Shown: positions 9,920-19,445, counted from the first letter of the stretch. The stretch: 59,133 bases of DNA from an uncultured Verrucomicrobiota bacterium (GCA_946610035.1 CAMOCC010000006.1:1-59133), one strand, 5' to 3'. A program made the numbers and translations. Notes: a model not told the origin generated them from the sequence alone.

Positions 9920-11368
9920 ATGCGTACGCCGCGAATAGCCGGGACATGGTATCCCGATTCCGCCGCCGAGATCGAGCGGCTCTGCAGCATCGCCGACAAC
10001 CAGTCGCCAACCGCCGCCCCGCCCGCCGCGGTAATCGTCCCCCACGCAGGCTACGCCTACTCGGGTGCTGTCGCCGCGCGCGCCTATGCGAGGCTTCCGG
10101 CGGACGCCTACGACCGCGTGATCATCCTCGCCCCGAGCCATCGCGTTGCGCTCGGACGCACATTCAGCGTGGAGCCGGCCGACGATGTGGCGACGCCGTT
10201 CGGTACGGTGACGCTTGCAAAGAATCTCCACGACGAACTCGATTCCCTCCCCGGCGCGCGCTTCACGCCGTCCGCGCACCCCTGCGAACACGCGATCGAC
10301 ATACAGCTTCCGCTCGTCAGGCGATTCCTCCCGGACTGCGCCGTTGGTGCGGTGATCGTCGGGAACTGGGCCTGCCGCAGCAAGGACGACGAACGCGCGC
10401 TCGCCGCCTTCGGCGAGGCGTTCCGCAGGATCCTCACGCCAAGGACGCTTGTCGTCGTCAGCACCGACTTTACGCACTACGGACGCGAATTCGACTATCT
10501 GCCCTTTACGAAGGACGTGCCGAAGCGTCTCCCCGCGCTAGACGCGGAGATGTTCGAGGCGCTCGCAAGGAACGACAACCGCGCGTGGACCGAGGCGCTC
10601 GACCGCACAGGGGCGACGGTCTGCGGGGCGGCGTGCCTCCAGCTCCTGCTTGCGGCGCTTCCCGAATCGGCGCGCTTCGAGCGTCTGGAGTACGCCACTT
10701 CGGCGGACGTTACGGGCGACTGGTCTCATGTCGTCGGATACACCGCCGCCGCCGTCTATGCAGATTGGAGCAAACCTATGAAGATGCATTTACACGAAGG
10801 GGAGTCGTCCGCCGCGCTTCTTTCCGAGGCGGCGGGAAGGGCGCTTGTCGAAATCGCCGACCACTCGCTTCAGGTTGCCGTTACGGGGGTCGACCGTACC
10901 GGCGGACCGGAGCTTGCGGACGAAGTGCGCCGCGAATTGCAGCGTCCGTGCGGGGCGTTCGTCACGCTGACCGAGCACGGCATGCTGCGCGGCTGCATAG
11001 GGATGGTACTCTCCGACCAGCCGGTGGCGGACGTGGTGCGCGAGATGGCGGAGAGCGCGGCCCTGCACGATCCGCGCTTCACGCGCGTGATGCCGGAGGA
11101 GATGTCCGCCATCGAACTGGAGGTGTCTGTCCTCACGGAGCCCGCCCCCATAGCGGGCCCCGGCGAAATCGTCGCGGGACGCGACGGCGTGATTCTCAGG
11201 AAGCGCGGACGGAGCGCGGTGTTCCTTCCGCAGGTCGCGACGGAGCAGGGCTGGGACGTCCCGACGATGCTCACGCACCTCTCGCTCAAGGCGGGGCTCG
11301 ACCAGGACGCATGGCGTTCAGGCGCAAGCTTCTCGACCTTCCGCGCGCAGATATTCCAACGCAGGTAA
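9920..11368 (+). CDS. AmmeMemoRadiSam system protein B-A fusion (Memo-like + AMMECR1 domain)
   Basis: IAGTWYP, PHAGYAYSG, EHAIDIQLP, STDFTHYG (Memo/AmrB) fused to GAFVTL, LRGCIG, DPRF, FLPQVA (AMMECR1/AmrA); GGGAGG RBS before ATG 9920. Confidence 0.9.
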   Translation: MRTPRIAGTWYPDSAAEIERLCSIADNQSPTAAPPAAVIVPHAGYAYSGAVAARAYARLPADAYDRVIILAPSHRVALGRTFSVEPADDVATPFGTVTLAKNLHDELDSLPGARFTPSAHPCEHAIDIQLPLVRRFLPDCAVGAVIVGNWACRSKDDERALAAFGEAFRRILTPRTLVVVSTDFTHYGREFDYLPFTKDVPKRLPALDAEMFEALARNDNRAWTEALDRTGATVCGAACLQLLLAALPESARFERLEYATSADVTGDWSHVVGYTAAAVYADWSKPMKMHLHEGESSAALLSEAAGRALVEIADHSLQVAVTGVDRTGGPELADEVRRELQRPCGAFVTLTEHGMLRGCIGMVLSDQPVADVVREMAESAALHDPRFTRVMPEEMSAIELEVSVLTEPAPIAGPGEIVAGRDGVILRKRGRSAVFLPQVATEQGWDVPTMLTHLSLKAGLDQDAWRSGASFSTFRAQIFQRR

Positions 11369-11379
11369 GCGCCGTCGTC

Positions 11380-11420
11380 CCTGTCCCCATCCAACCCTAC
11401 CTGACCCTATCCGTCCCCAG
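11380..11420. repeat. Degenerate ~10-bp CCCTA-type tandem repeat
   Basis: ctgtccccat ccaaccctac ctgaccctat ccgtccccag; resembles the GACCCTA units at 28598-28638 and in hisD. Confidence 0.45.
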
Positions 11421-11525
11421 ACCTCGACGGCAAGAAGCGCACGGGGAACAAGGAGCAGTTCGACCGCTACAAGGCGGCACTCGACACAATCGTGTTCACG
11501 GACTACCTTCCAGTTCTTCGCCAAC
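11420..11525 (+). pseudogene. Fragment resembling the N-terminal region of a type ISP/IIG restriction-modification enzyme
   Basis: Translates DLDGKKRTGNKEQFDRYKAALDTIVFTDYL, then appears to frameshift; recognised from memory of the NKEQFDRY...IFTDYL motif; no start codon. Confidence 0.5.
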
Positions 11526-11671
11526 GTCCCTTGGCGGCGGGACGAACGAGTGGAGCCTCTGCACCCACGGCACGAACGGATGGGCGATGGCGACGTCCGA
11601 TTTTGTATCCGATGTCGACGTGGCCACAGGAGAGGAGCTGTCGATTGCCGGGCGAGCCGGCGCGCGAGGGG

Positions 11672-11795
11672 GGGCAGGGGAGTGCCACAGGCGATGTTAC
11701 GCCCCAATTCTTTTAGCTTCGCCTCGGCAGGTTACCTCTCGGGCGCTCTTTCGTCTTCGCTTCGTCCTTCGGACTTCGCTTCGACTTCGAGCGCC
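11672..11795. repeat. 124-bp direct repeat, copy 1 (CTTCG-rich palindromic element)
   Basis: gggcaggggagtgccac...gggcgctctttcgtcttcgcttcgtccttcggacttcgcttcgacttcgagcgcc; near-identical copy at 16329-16452; followed by a 49-bp tandem duplication overlapping the exosortase 3' end. Confidence 0.9.
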
Positions 11796-13193
11796 CTACT
11801 GTTCTTCGTCTCGTCCTTCGGACTTCGCTTCGACTTCGAGCGCCCTACTGTTCTTTGCTTCGACTACCGAATATATCCACCAGGGGCCGCGGGTGCGGGA
11901 GAGGAGCGAGCGCCAGAACCAGTCCGAGACGTCGGGGATGGCATGGCCGTCCGCATCGAGCACCTGCTCGCGGATGGTCAGCGACGAATCACCGCGTACC
12001 GCCCGGCAGGACGACCACGCGCCGCGCTCCGTCGTCTCCAACGGCAACGGCTCGATGCGCCAGCCTGCTGCGCGAAGGCAGTACGAAGTTGAATGCGCGC
12101 GGTGCGTCGGCGCAGTCACCCATCGGATGATCACGATGCGGTCGCCGCAACGGAACTTTCCGATGCGACCAGGAAACCGCTCGCCGAAATTGACCTCGAA
12201 TTCGCTCTTGTCGAGCTCGACCAGTTTCTCGCCCTCGAACTCCGCCGGCTTACAGGGGAAGGCGTCGTCGGCAACAGAATCTGGCAGCGCCACCGTCGCC
12301 GTGCAGAACCTGACGACCCCCGCAACCGCCACCGCAATGAACGACGACTTGGCGGCGACGTGCAACCATGAGGCGCAAGGGGCGCGCGGCACTTCTGCCG
12401 CGACTTTCGGACACTTCTTTCGCCGCGCCAGCCACATTGCGAAGAGCGCGAGCAACGCCACGCCGGGCACCAGCGCCGCGATGCCTATCCACCGGTGCAT
12501 GGCGGAGGATATCTCGTAGCCGTGGAACTGTCCGAGCGCCAGCGTGGCGATGCGTATCGCATTGGCGGCGACGACGAGCAGCACCGCGGAAGCGGCGAGG
12601 AGGATGGTCCGCCAGAAGCGGAAACGGAACGTCGCCGCGAGCACAAACGCCATCAGCAGGGCGGAGCCGAGCATCTGCACTCCCGCACAGGGGACGTCCA
12701 CCCAGAAGACGCTGCCGTCGATGACGATGCCCGTGCCCTCCACACCGACGGAGAATCCAAGGGAAGCGACCAGCGCCGCCGCCAGCCGCGTGGCGAGGAA
12801 CCGCAGCGGTAGTCCGAGGAAGAGATCGACGATCATCAACGACGGCAGACCCATCATGGCGAGCGCCGCGATCGCGAATTCGCCGCCCTGACGGCGCGGC
12901 GGGAGGATCATCGGCAGGAGTGCGAGCACCGCGAAGACGGCGCTGACGGTGATCGGCAGGAATGCGCGCAATACGATGGACGCCGCCAGCATCGCCGTCG
13001 AGAACGCCCATCCCGCAACGGGGACGGACTCTCTTGGGGCGCCCCTCCAGTGTAGGCGCACAACCGCCGGCAGGATGAGCCAGGCGGCGACGTCGATGCC
13101 GATCGGCTCGGCGAGACGGCGCAGCCACCACGCCAGTACCGGCAGCGACGACGACGCCCACAGCAGCGCAGCGACTATCCGCTCGCGCTTCAC
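11796..13193 (-). CDS. Exosortase/archaeosortase family protein with C-terminal EpsI-like domain
   Basis: Multi-TM; catalytic Cys (VDVPCAG), Arg (NAIRI), His (MHRWIG); C-terminal AHSTSYCLRAAGW. Confidence 0.85.
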   Translation of the reverse strand: MKRERIVAALLWASSSLPVLAWWLRRLAEPIGIDVAAWLILPAVVRLHWRGAPRESVPVAGWAFSTAMLAASIVLRAFLPITVSAVFAVLALLPMILPPRRQGGEFAIAALAMMGLPSLMIVDLFLGLPLRFLATRLAAALVASLGFSVGVEGTGIVIDGSVFWVDVPCAGVQMLGSALLMAFVLAATFRFRFWRTILLAASAVLLVVAANAIRIATLALGQFHGYEISSAMHRWIGIAALVPGVALLALFAMWLARRKKCPKVAAEVPRAPCASWLHVAAKSSFIAVAVAGVVRFCTATVALPDSVADDAFPCKPAEFEGEKLVELDKSEFEVNFGERFPGRIGKFRCGDRIVIIRWVTAPTHRAHSTSYCLRAAGWRIEPLPLETTERGAWSSCRAVRGDSSLTIREQVLDADGHAIPDVSDWFWRSLLSRTRGPWWIYSVVEAKNSRALEVEAKSEGRDEEQ

Positions 13194-15490
13194 AGACGCT
13201 TCGCCATCTTGCGGCGGCGGGAGAGGAAGAGCGTGACGAACATCACCAACGCGACGACGGCGAGGCAGAAGACGGATTCCGGTTCGGGGACCGTCGGGAC
13301 GGATTCGGACTTCACCTGCTCAAGTCCGTTCGCATTGTACTGCTGCTGCGTCTCCAGCACCACCGCACCGGTGACCGGCGTCACTACATGCCACGGCAAT
13401 GCTATCTCCTTCGCCGGCTCGAGCGTCTTCGGATCGCCGCTGCGGAACGTCCGCGCTGCGCTCTCCGCCGCCCAGAGGCGTCCGAGGTGATCGCTCGCCT
13501 TCACCGCATCCGCAGGCACCGCATCGAGTGCGACCTTCTCGCGGACCGGCGACAGGAATGCTCCGTTCCATCCGGCGGCAATTGTCTCCAGCGCCGCGCA
13601 GGCGCCTTTCTCCATCGAGACGGCGGAGTAGTTGCGTACGTTGCCGGTCTGCGGCAGCGCCTCGACGAGCGGATTCTCCCCGTCCGCGCACTTGACCAGG
13701 TAGGTGCGCAAATTCGGATTCTTGTTCAATGCCAGCGCAAGCACGTCAGACGAGGAGTCGGTGTAAGGCTGCGGACCGTACAGCCAGACCAGCGCGGCGG
13801 ATTTGCCGCGCGCGGCGAGGGATTCCGTGGCCTTGAGCAGAGGACGGAGGTTGTCCTTGCCTCCGCAGAAGACAAAGGGGGCGATCCCGGTCTTGTCCGT
13901 ATACGTGGGCTTCGTCGGCGGCTCGTCGTCCGTCAGCCATATCTCGACGTCGATTCCGTCCGGAATCTTCGCGAGTGCGCCCTCCAGCCCGTCGAGACTG
14001 CCTTTCATCGCGAGCGAGGTGTCAACCACGACGGCGACGGCCTCGGGCCTCCATGATGGAGCGTCGGCGTTTCGCTGGACGATGGCGGCATTGGACAGCA
14101 GATTGGTGTCGTCCGTCCGGAATGCCGCGACGGCGGGGAGCGGACGCTCGAACGCACCGGTCTCCGTCTTGGGAAGTCCTAGCATGTTCGGGGCGATGGA
14201 GAAGTTCTTCGCGATGATCGCGGGCGCCTGCATCGTGTAGGACCTGCCGTCTGCGGCGACCTGGAGCGGGAAGGAGATTCCGAGGCGGAGCTTCATCTCG
14301 CCGTCGCGCGGAACCGGGAAGCACTGCACCTGCACTTCGTCCGGACCGCAGGTTGTGACGAGGACCGGATCGCGATGGCGGCTGACGATTTGCTCGTAGG
14401 CGCGGCGCACCTGTCCCCTGCCGCCGAACGCCGCCTCGCATTCCTCGCCGTTGATCCAGAGCGTAAGCCGCGAGACCGTACCGCGGGGCGGAAGCGCCAG
14501 ACGCATCCGCGCTTCGCGGTCGGAGAAATAGGTGTTGCCGAAGGTGATCGTCCATTCCGAATAGGCGATGCCCGCGGCGGAGTCGATGGTGGTGTCGTAG
14601 GCGGACCCCTTCAGCGAAAGGCCTTCCAAGGCGCCGCCGACCTTGTCGCCGCCGGTGATGGTGTCCCAGCGGAGCTTCGATCCCGGACCGAGCCCACGCC
14701 GTCCCCGGCTGCGATAGAGTTTGATGTCTTCGCCGGTCACACGGTAGAAAAACTCCTCTCCGCGTCCGTCCGAGAGCTGAAGCCGGGCGTTTTCATTCAG
14801 CAGATCGCACCAGGATATTCCACTTCCGAAGAACTCGCCCCTGACAATGCCGCGACGGCTGCCGTCGCAGATTTCCCGGAAGACATTGTTCCGTCCGACG
14901 TTGCGGAGCATGCGGACTCCCTTCGCCGATACGGCGGGGTCGGACGACAGCGCCAAGTTGACTCCGTAGACCGTAATCAGTCCGCCGCTGACGGTGGCGA
15001 CCCAGAGCGCGGCCGCGACGATCAGTCCGGCGAGGAATCCCGAAGCCGGCTTGAGTCCCCGCTCGACGGCGGACTTGCGGAACTTGCGCCGGAAGACCAA
15101 CGCACATACCATCGTACTGCACGGCGCCCATGGAAGGAGTCCGAGGAATCCGATGCCGAAGTACCAGAATGCGAACACCACCGCCATCGCGCCGAACACC
15201 ATGTAGGGAATCATCAGCACGGTGTAGACGATGCTGATTCCGAAGGAGAGTCCGCACAGCGCCATCACCCACTTGCGGTTCGCGTCTTTTCCGCGGAGAC
15301 GGATGACGCAGAGCGTGAATCCGATCAACGTCACCGCAGCCACCATCGCCACGTGCAGGGATGACGGCATAGGGTCGAACCAGTCGTCGGACATGCCGAG
15401 TCCGACCAGTAGCGCCGCTGCGGGCAGGATGAACGAGAACAGGAACAGGAAGAATGTTCCTGCCGCACTTTTCACAGGTTTGTCGATCAT
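13190..15490 (-). CDS. Membrane-anchored VIT-domain protein with PEP-CTERM sorting signal
   Basis: N-terminal TM helices; VIT motifs (LTLWING, AYEQIV, RDPVLV, CFPV); degenerate vWA (VVVDTS); C-terminal VPEP + TM + RRRK. Confidence 0.85.
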   Translation of the reverse strand: MIDKPVKSAAGTFFLFLFSFILPAAALLVGLGMSDDWFDPMPSSLHVAMVAAVTLIGFTLCVIRLRGKDANRKWVMALCGLSFGISIVYTVLMIPYMVFGAMAVVFAFWYFGIGFLGLLPWAPCSTMVCALVFRRKFRKSAVERGLKPASGFLAGLIVAAALWVATVSGGLITVYGVNLALSSDPAVSAKGVRMLRNVGRNNVFREICDGSRRGIVRGEFFGSGISWCDLLNENARLQLSDGRGEEFFYRVTGEDIKLYRSRGRRGLGPGSKLRWDTITGGDKVGGALEGLSLKGSAYDTTIDSAAGIAYSEWTITFGNTYFSDREARMRLALPPRGTVSRLTLWINGEECEAAFGGRGQVRRAYEQIVSRHRDPVLVTTCGPDEVQVQCFPVPRDGEMKLRLGISFPLQVAADGRSYTMQAPAIIAKNFSIAPNMLGLPKTETGAFERPLPAVAAFRTDDTNLLSNAAIVQRNADAPSWRPEAVAVVVDTSLAMKGSLDGLEGALAKIPDGIDVEIWLTDDEPPTKPTYTDKTGIAPFVFCGGKDNLRPLLKATESLAARGKSAALVWLYGPQPYTDSSSDVLALALNKNPNLRTYLVKCADGENPLVEALPQTGNVRNYSAVSMEKGACAALETIAAGWNGAFLSPVREKVALDAVPADAVKASDHLGRLWAAESAARTFRSGDPKTLEPAKEIALPWHVVTPVTGAVVLETQQQYNANGLEQVKSESVPTVPEPESVFCLAVVALVMFVTLFLSRRRKMAKRL

Positions 15491-15492
15491 GG

Positions 15493-15708
15493 TTAGTCCT
15501 CCTTTTCGCTGTCACTGGTTAAAAGATCGCCGGGCTGACAGTCGAGCGCCTTGCAGAGCGCATCGAGGGTCGAGAACCGGATGGCCTTGGCCTTGTCGTT
15601 CTTGAGAATCGAGAGGTTCGCCGGGGTGATGCCGATGGCGTTGGCGAGGTCGCCCGCGCTCATCTTCCGCTGGGCGAGCAGGACGTCGATATGCACTTTG
15701 ATGGACAT
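15493..15708 (-). CDS. XRE/Cro family HTH transcriptional regulator (YozG-like)
   Basis: IGITPANLSILKNDKAKAIRFSTLDALCKALDCQPGDLL. Confidence 0.92.
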   Translation of the reverse strand: MSIKVHIDVLLAQRKMSAGDLANAIGITPANLSILKNDKAKAIRFSTLDALCKALDCQPGDLLTSDSEKED

Positions 15709-15721
15709 TGCTCAGCCCTCC

Positions 15722-16168
15722 TTAGATGGTGAGGTCCAGTTCGCCCTTCATCCTGCGGGCGGTTTCGAAGGCGTCGCCGACGACACGGACGAGGAGCGCC
15801 ATGAAGAGCGCGGCGAGGCCGATGGTGCCGAGGAAGAACAGCCTCGTCACGACGCCGTCGATCATCGCCACAACTCCGGCAAGCGCGCACAGCAGGGACA
15901 TCATGCGGATGCGCCTGACGTTGGCCGCGGTGAAGACCTCGCCCTTGGAGATCGCCGCGAGGAGTCCGAATATCTCGTACAGCGTGACAAGCGCGAGCGC
16001 CGAGCAGATGTATCCGGTCACCAGCAGGATGTTGCCCAGGGTGTTCCTCGGTATTGCGTACCATCCGCACACGAGGTCCACGAGAAGGGGACCAAGGACG
16101 GTGAGGGCGATGGTGAGCACGGCGAACGCGCCGGTCATCGACTTTGACAACAACAGTTTTTTGTCCAT
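15722..16168 (-). CDS. DUF2975-type membrane protein
   Basis: 4 TM helices; VFTAANVRRIR and C-terminal MKGELDLTI; usual partner of YozG-like HTH genes. Confidence 0.85.
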   Translation of the reverse strand: MDKKLLLSKSMTGAFAVLTIALTVLGPLLVDLVCGWYAIPRNTLGNILLVTGYICSALALVTLYEIFGLLAAISKGEVFTAANVRRIRMMSLLCALAGVVAMIDGVVTRLFFLGTIGLAALFMALLVRVVGDAFETARRMKGELDLTI

Positions 16169-16214
16169 ATCAATCTCCTTTTAGTAGGGAACGGTTGATA
16201 TGATACCAAATCTT

Positions 16215-16273
16215 TTATCGAAGTGCAATAACGAATTATCGAATTACAATATATTTTTATTATTAATCAAGAT
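16215..16273. promoter_or_regulatory. Three phased imperfect palindromic operator boxes
   Basis: TTATCG-N5-CAATAA (16215), TTATCG-N5-CAATAT (16236), TTATTA-N5-CAAGAT (16257); 21-bp period, upstream of the DUF2975-HTH operon. Confidence 0.6.
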
Positions 16274-16328
16274 GAAATCTACTCGGGGGCAAGGTTTAGG
16301 CATCATAGGGACCAACCTCAATGGTGTT

Positions 16329-16452
16329 GGGCAGGGGAGTGCCACGGGCGATATCACGCCCCAATTCTTTTAGCTTCGTCTTTGCCGTTTACCTCTTGGG
16401 CGCTCTTTCGTCTTCGCTTCGTCCTTCGGACTTCGCTTCGACTTCGAGCGCC
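16329..16452. repeat. 124-bp direct repeat, copy 2
   Basis: Aligns end to end with 11672-11795. Confidence 0.9.
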
Positions 16453-16510
16453 ACCATACGACTTCGAGCGCCACCATACGACTGCGAGCGCCACCAGACG
16501 ACTGCGAGCG
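16439..16510. repeat. 20-bp tandem repeat (~3.5 copies)
   Basis: cgact(t/g)cgagcgccacca(t/g)a repeated. Confidence 0.85.
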
Positions 16511-16540
16511 AGCTAATGCAGCGCTTCGCGGCACGCGAGA

Positions 16541-17728
16541 TCAATAGTAGTTTATTGTTACTTGTTTGCGGAAGTTCTTCTCAAGCGCGGCGGTCATGCG
16601 CTTTACGACCGAGCGCCGAAGCTCGAGATCCTGCGGTATGTTCGGATCCTGATGGCATTCGTTGACCTTCGTGCCTATGACGAATTCGATTCTGTCGTGC
16701 GCCATCAGGCGCGTCAGTATCGCGCGCGCCGCAGGCGGCTCGTCCAGGACGGGACGCATCTCCTCGAGCGCGGTAGTCACGCGCGAAAGGGTGAGTATCC
16801 CCTCTGTAGCGATGCCTATGCCGTCGATCTTTCCGACGGGCGGAAGCCCCCCGCCGCGGCGCATGTCAGAGAGACTGATCTTGACCTTCTTCCCAAGCTC
16901 GCGCTCGATTATGTTGGCCGTCGTCCCGCCGCATATCACGACATGGTCTTCGCCGATCAGCGCCTGCCTTGCATACTCTGAATCGTGATCCTTGTAGTAG
17001 GGCGGGCCAGAGAGAATCCTCATCACGCGCGGACGCCGCAGATAGACGACGACGCACGTTATGTCGTCCTTGCATCCTCCCGGCGTCAGCTGGAGCGCGC
17101 GGCACGAAATCGCGGCGGAAAGCTCCTTCGCGGATATCTCCGGCTCGGCGTGGATCAGCTCTCGCGCGTATGCGAGAACGCCCGAGCGGCGCCAGCCGAA
17201 CTTCATGTCCTTCCTCACGCCGAGCCCGGACTGCGTGACGCCGTCGGAGCACATGATTATGCGGTCGCCTACTCGGAAGTCCGCCTCGCACTCGCGCACC
17301 TCGCGGTCGGGCCAGTGTGCGGAGACTACCTGCCTGTCGGAGAGCGGGGATATCTCGGTCTCGCCGCGCAGGTGGATGTAGCCGGGATTGCCCATCTCGG
17401 TGATCCTGGCGCGTCCGCCGAGCCTGAAGTCGAAAAGCGAGAACGTCGCGTAGCCGATTCTCCTCACCTCGCAGACGGGAAGCGAATCCATGATGATCTC
17501 GGCGGCCTCGATAGTCGGAATGTTCGACTCGAGGAACTTGATCGCCATAGATGTCGTCATCGTCGAAAGGATGTGGGCCTTCACGCCGCTGCCGAGTCCG
17601 TCGGAAAGCGCGCAGAGATGGCGATGTTCCATCTCGACCGTCTGGAACCGCACGTCGTCGCCGCACGCAGCCTGTCCGGACTTCGTGTACTGCGATGCCT
17701 CCATCTCGATGAAAAGGTCGTCACCCAT
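16541..17728 (-). CDS. SpoIIE/PP2C-type Ser/Thr phosphatase (HfsC-like)
   Basis: CGD, LSDGLGSGVKA, SDGVTQSG, DDITC, ICGGTTA motifs; follows the sensory hydrogenase. Confidence 0.88.
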   Translation of the reverse strand: MGDDLFIEMEASQYTKSGQAACGDDVRFQTVEMEHRHLCALSDGLGSGVKAHILSTMTTSMAIKFLESNIPTIEAAEIIMDSLPVCEVRRIGYATFSLFDFRLGGRARITEMGNPGYIHLRGETEISPLSDRQVVSAHWPDREVRECEADFRVGDRIIMCSDGVTQSGLGVRKDMKFGWRRSGVLAYARELIHAEPEISAKELSAAISCRALQLTPGGCKDDITCVVVYLRRPRVMRILSGPPYYKDHDSEYARQALIGEDHVVICGGTTANIIERELGKKVKISLSDMRRGGGLPPVGKIDGIGIATEGILTLSRVTTALEEMRPVLDEPPAARAILTRLMAHDRIEFVIGTKVNECHQDPNIPQDLELRRSVVKRMTAALEKNFRKQVTINYY

Positions 17729-19445
17729 TCAGATAGCTCCCGTCGTCCGGCTCTCTGAGACGCTTGCCCTCGGTATGCGACTCGTACGCGCCCGCGATCT
17801 CCTTCAGCATGATCTCCGTCTCGGCGATGTGCTCGCCGAAGAGACGCGCGACCTGCTGGACGGTGTAGACGTTCTTCGAAATGACCTCGCGCGCCTTTGC
17901 GGCGATCTCCTCGCGGCGTCCCTCGTTCTGCGTGACGTCCTGGACTACAGCGCCGGCGAACTCGCCCTTGGCTATCGGGAACACGCTGATGTTCACGAGC
18001 CTGTCGTTCCATGGCTGGCGGTACTTCACGATCTCGCTGCCGTGCTGAAGCGCCCCGGTGAAGAGGTCCGCAAACTCGGGCATCAGCCCCGCGCAGTCGA
18101 TTCCCTCGAGGTTTCCGAGCGCCTTGAAGACCTCCGTCTCGCCGCACATCTCCGCGAACACGCGGTTGCACTCTGTTATCACCCCCTGTCCGTCGACAAT
18201 GACGACGCCTGCGGGGATGTACTTTATGAGCGCGTTCGAAGTGCGCTGGAAGTTCTTCTTCAGGAACGTGTGGCACTGCGCCTCCTCGGCCTTGCCGGCG
18301 ATGAGCGCCTTGGCGAACTCGCGGCACGTCTCGTATCCGCACGCGCCGCAGTTCAGTTCGTCCGACTTCGACGTCTTGCCGACGCGCGCGAGCGCCTGCT
18401 CGATCGCGCGCTCCTCCGGCTCGGACTCGACAAGCGCGTCGGCGGGATATGCGGAAACCCCGCAGTGCGTGAGGCACCGCCCCGCGCTCGTCTGGAGCGG
18501 CGAGCAGGCGTCCGTCGCGAAAAGCGTCGAGAGCGATCCGCCGTCTGCGGGCATTGCCGGACCGTTGACGCAGCCACCGGGGCACGCAAGGACTTCAAGG
18601 AACAGCTTGCGGCCCGCCGTCGCGGCAATTCCGCCGCTGAGCATGCGGCGCAGATTGGCGAGGCCGGACACGCTGATGTAGCGAACCCCCGTCCTGCCGT
18701 CGCGCAACGTGTCGTTCATTCCGCCTTCGACGGAATAGAAGCGGCCTTCCTCGGCCGGACCGAGCTCCAGCTCCGCCTCCTCGTCGAAGACAATCCCTTT
18801 TTCGGCGAACATCTGTTCGAGGGCGGGGAAGATGCAGGCGAGCGCCAGAACGTCAGGATAGGCGTCCGACTCGTTCTTCTTTGCGGCGCAGGGTCCGAAA
18901 AACACGATCTTCGCGTCCTGCCCGAACTTCTCCTTCAAAAGCGCGCAGTGCGCGCGGACAGGCGACGGAAGGGGGGAGATGAAGCGCGCGTAGTCCGGCA
19001 GATAGCGCCTGATCATGTCGACGGACGCGGGGCACGCGCTTGAAATGACGAGCGGGGAGTCCGTCTCGGCAAGAAGCCTCGAAACGTGCGCGCTCACCGA
19101 TTCCGCGCCGTGCGCCGTCTCGCTGACGCCCGCAAAGCCGACCTTGCGCAGAGCGGCGGCGAGCTGCCCGATCGTCACGCCCTTGAAATAACCGGCGAAG
19201 CTCGGCGCGACCGATGCGTAGACCTTTTCGCCCGAGGACAGAAGCTCCTTCAGGCGCGCGAGGTCGCTTCGTATCTTCTTCGCGTGGGCTGGGCACACCT
19301 TCACGCACTCTCCGCACGCGACGCAGGCCTCGGGGATGACGGACGCCTTGCCGTTGACGATGCGGATTGCCTTGACCGGACAGTGCCGGACGCACTTGTA
19401 GCAGTCCTGGCACTCGTTCTCGATTGTAAAGACGGGGGAGTTCAT
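17721..19445 (-). CDS. Sensory [FeFe] hydrogenase (group C, HydS/HfsB-like) with FeS and PAS domains
   Basis: Two N-terminal 4Fe-4S motifs; H-cluster variants SSACPAS, GPCAAKKNE, EVLACPGGCVNG; LNCGACGY FeS motif; PAS-like segment. Confidence 0.9.
   Translation of the reverse strand: MNSPVFTIENECQDCYKCVRHCPVKAIRIVNGKASVIPEACVACGECVKVCPAHAKKIRSDLARLKELLSSGEKVYASVAPSFAGYFKGVTIGQLAAALRKVGFAGVSETAHGAESVSAHVSRLLAETDSPLVISSACPASVDMIRRYLPDYARFISPLPSPVRAHCALLKEKFGQDAKIVFFGPCAAKKNESDAYPDVLALACIFPALEQMFAEKGIVFDEEAELELGPAEEGRFYSVEGGMNDTLRDGRTGVRYISVSGLANLRRMLSGGIAATAGRKLFLEVLACPGGCVNGPAMPADGGSLSTLFATDACSPLQTSAGRCLTHCGVSAYPADALVESEPEERAIEQALARVGKTSKSDELNCGACGYETCREFAKALIAGKAEEAQCHTFLKKNFQRTSNALIKYIPAGVVIVDGQGVITECNRVFAEMCGETEVFKALGNLEGIDCAGLMPEFADLFTGALQHGSEIVKYRQPWNDRLVNISVFPIAKGEFAGAVVQDVTQNEGRREEIAAKAREVISKNVYTVQQVARLFGEHIAETEIMLKEIAGAYESHTEGKRLREPDDGSYLNG

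Noticed and set aside
16439-16510. Mini-CRISPR or iteron array
   Set aside because: Head-to-tail 20-bp units without spacers, derived from the end of the 124-bp repeat; no rep gene nearby.
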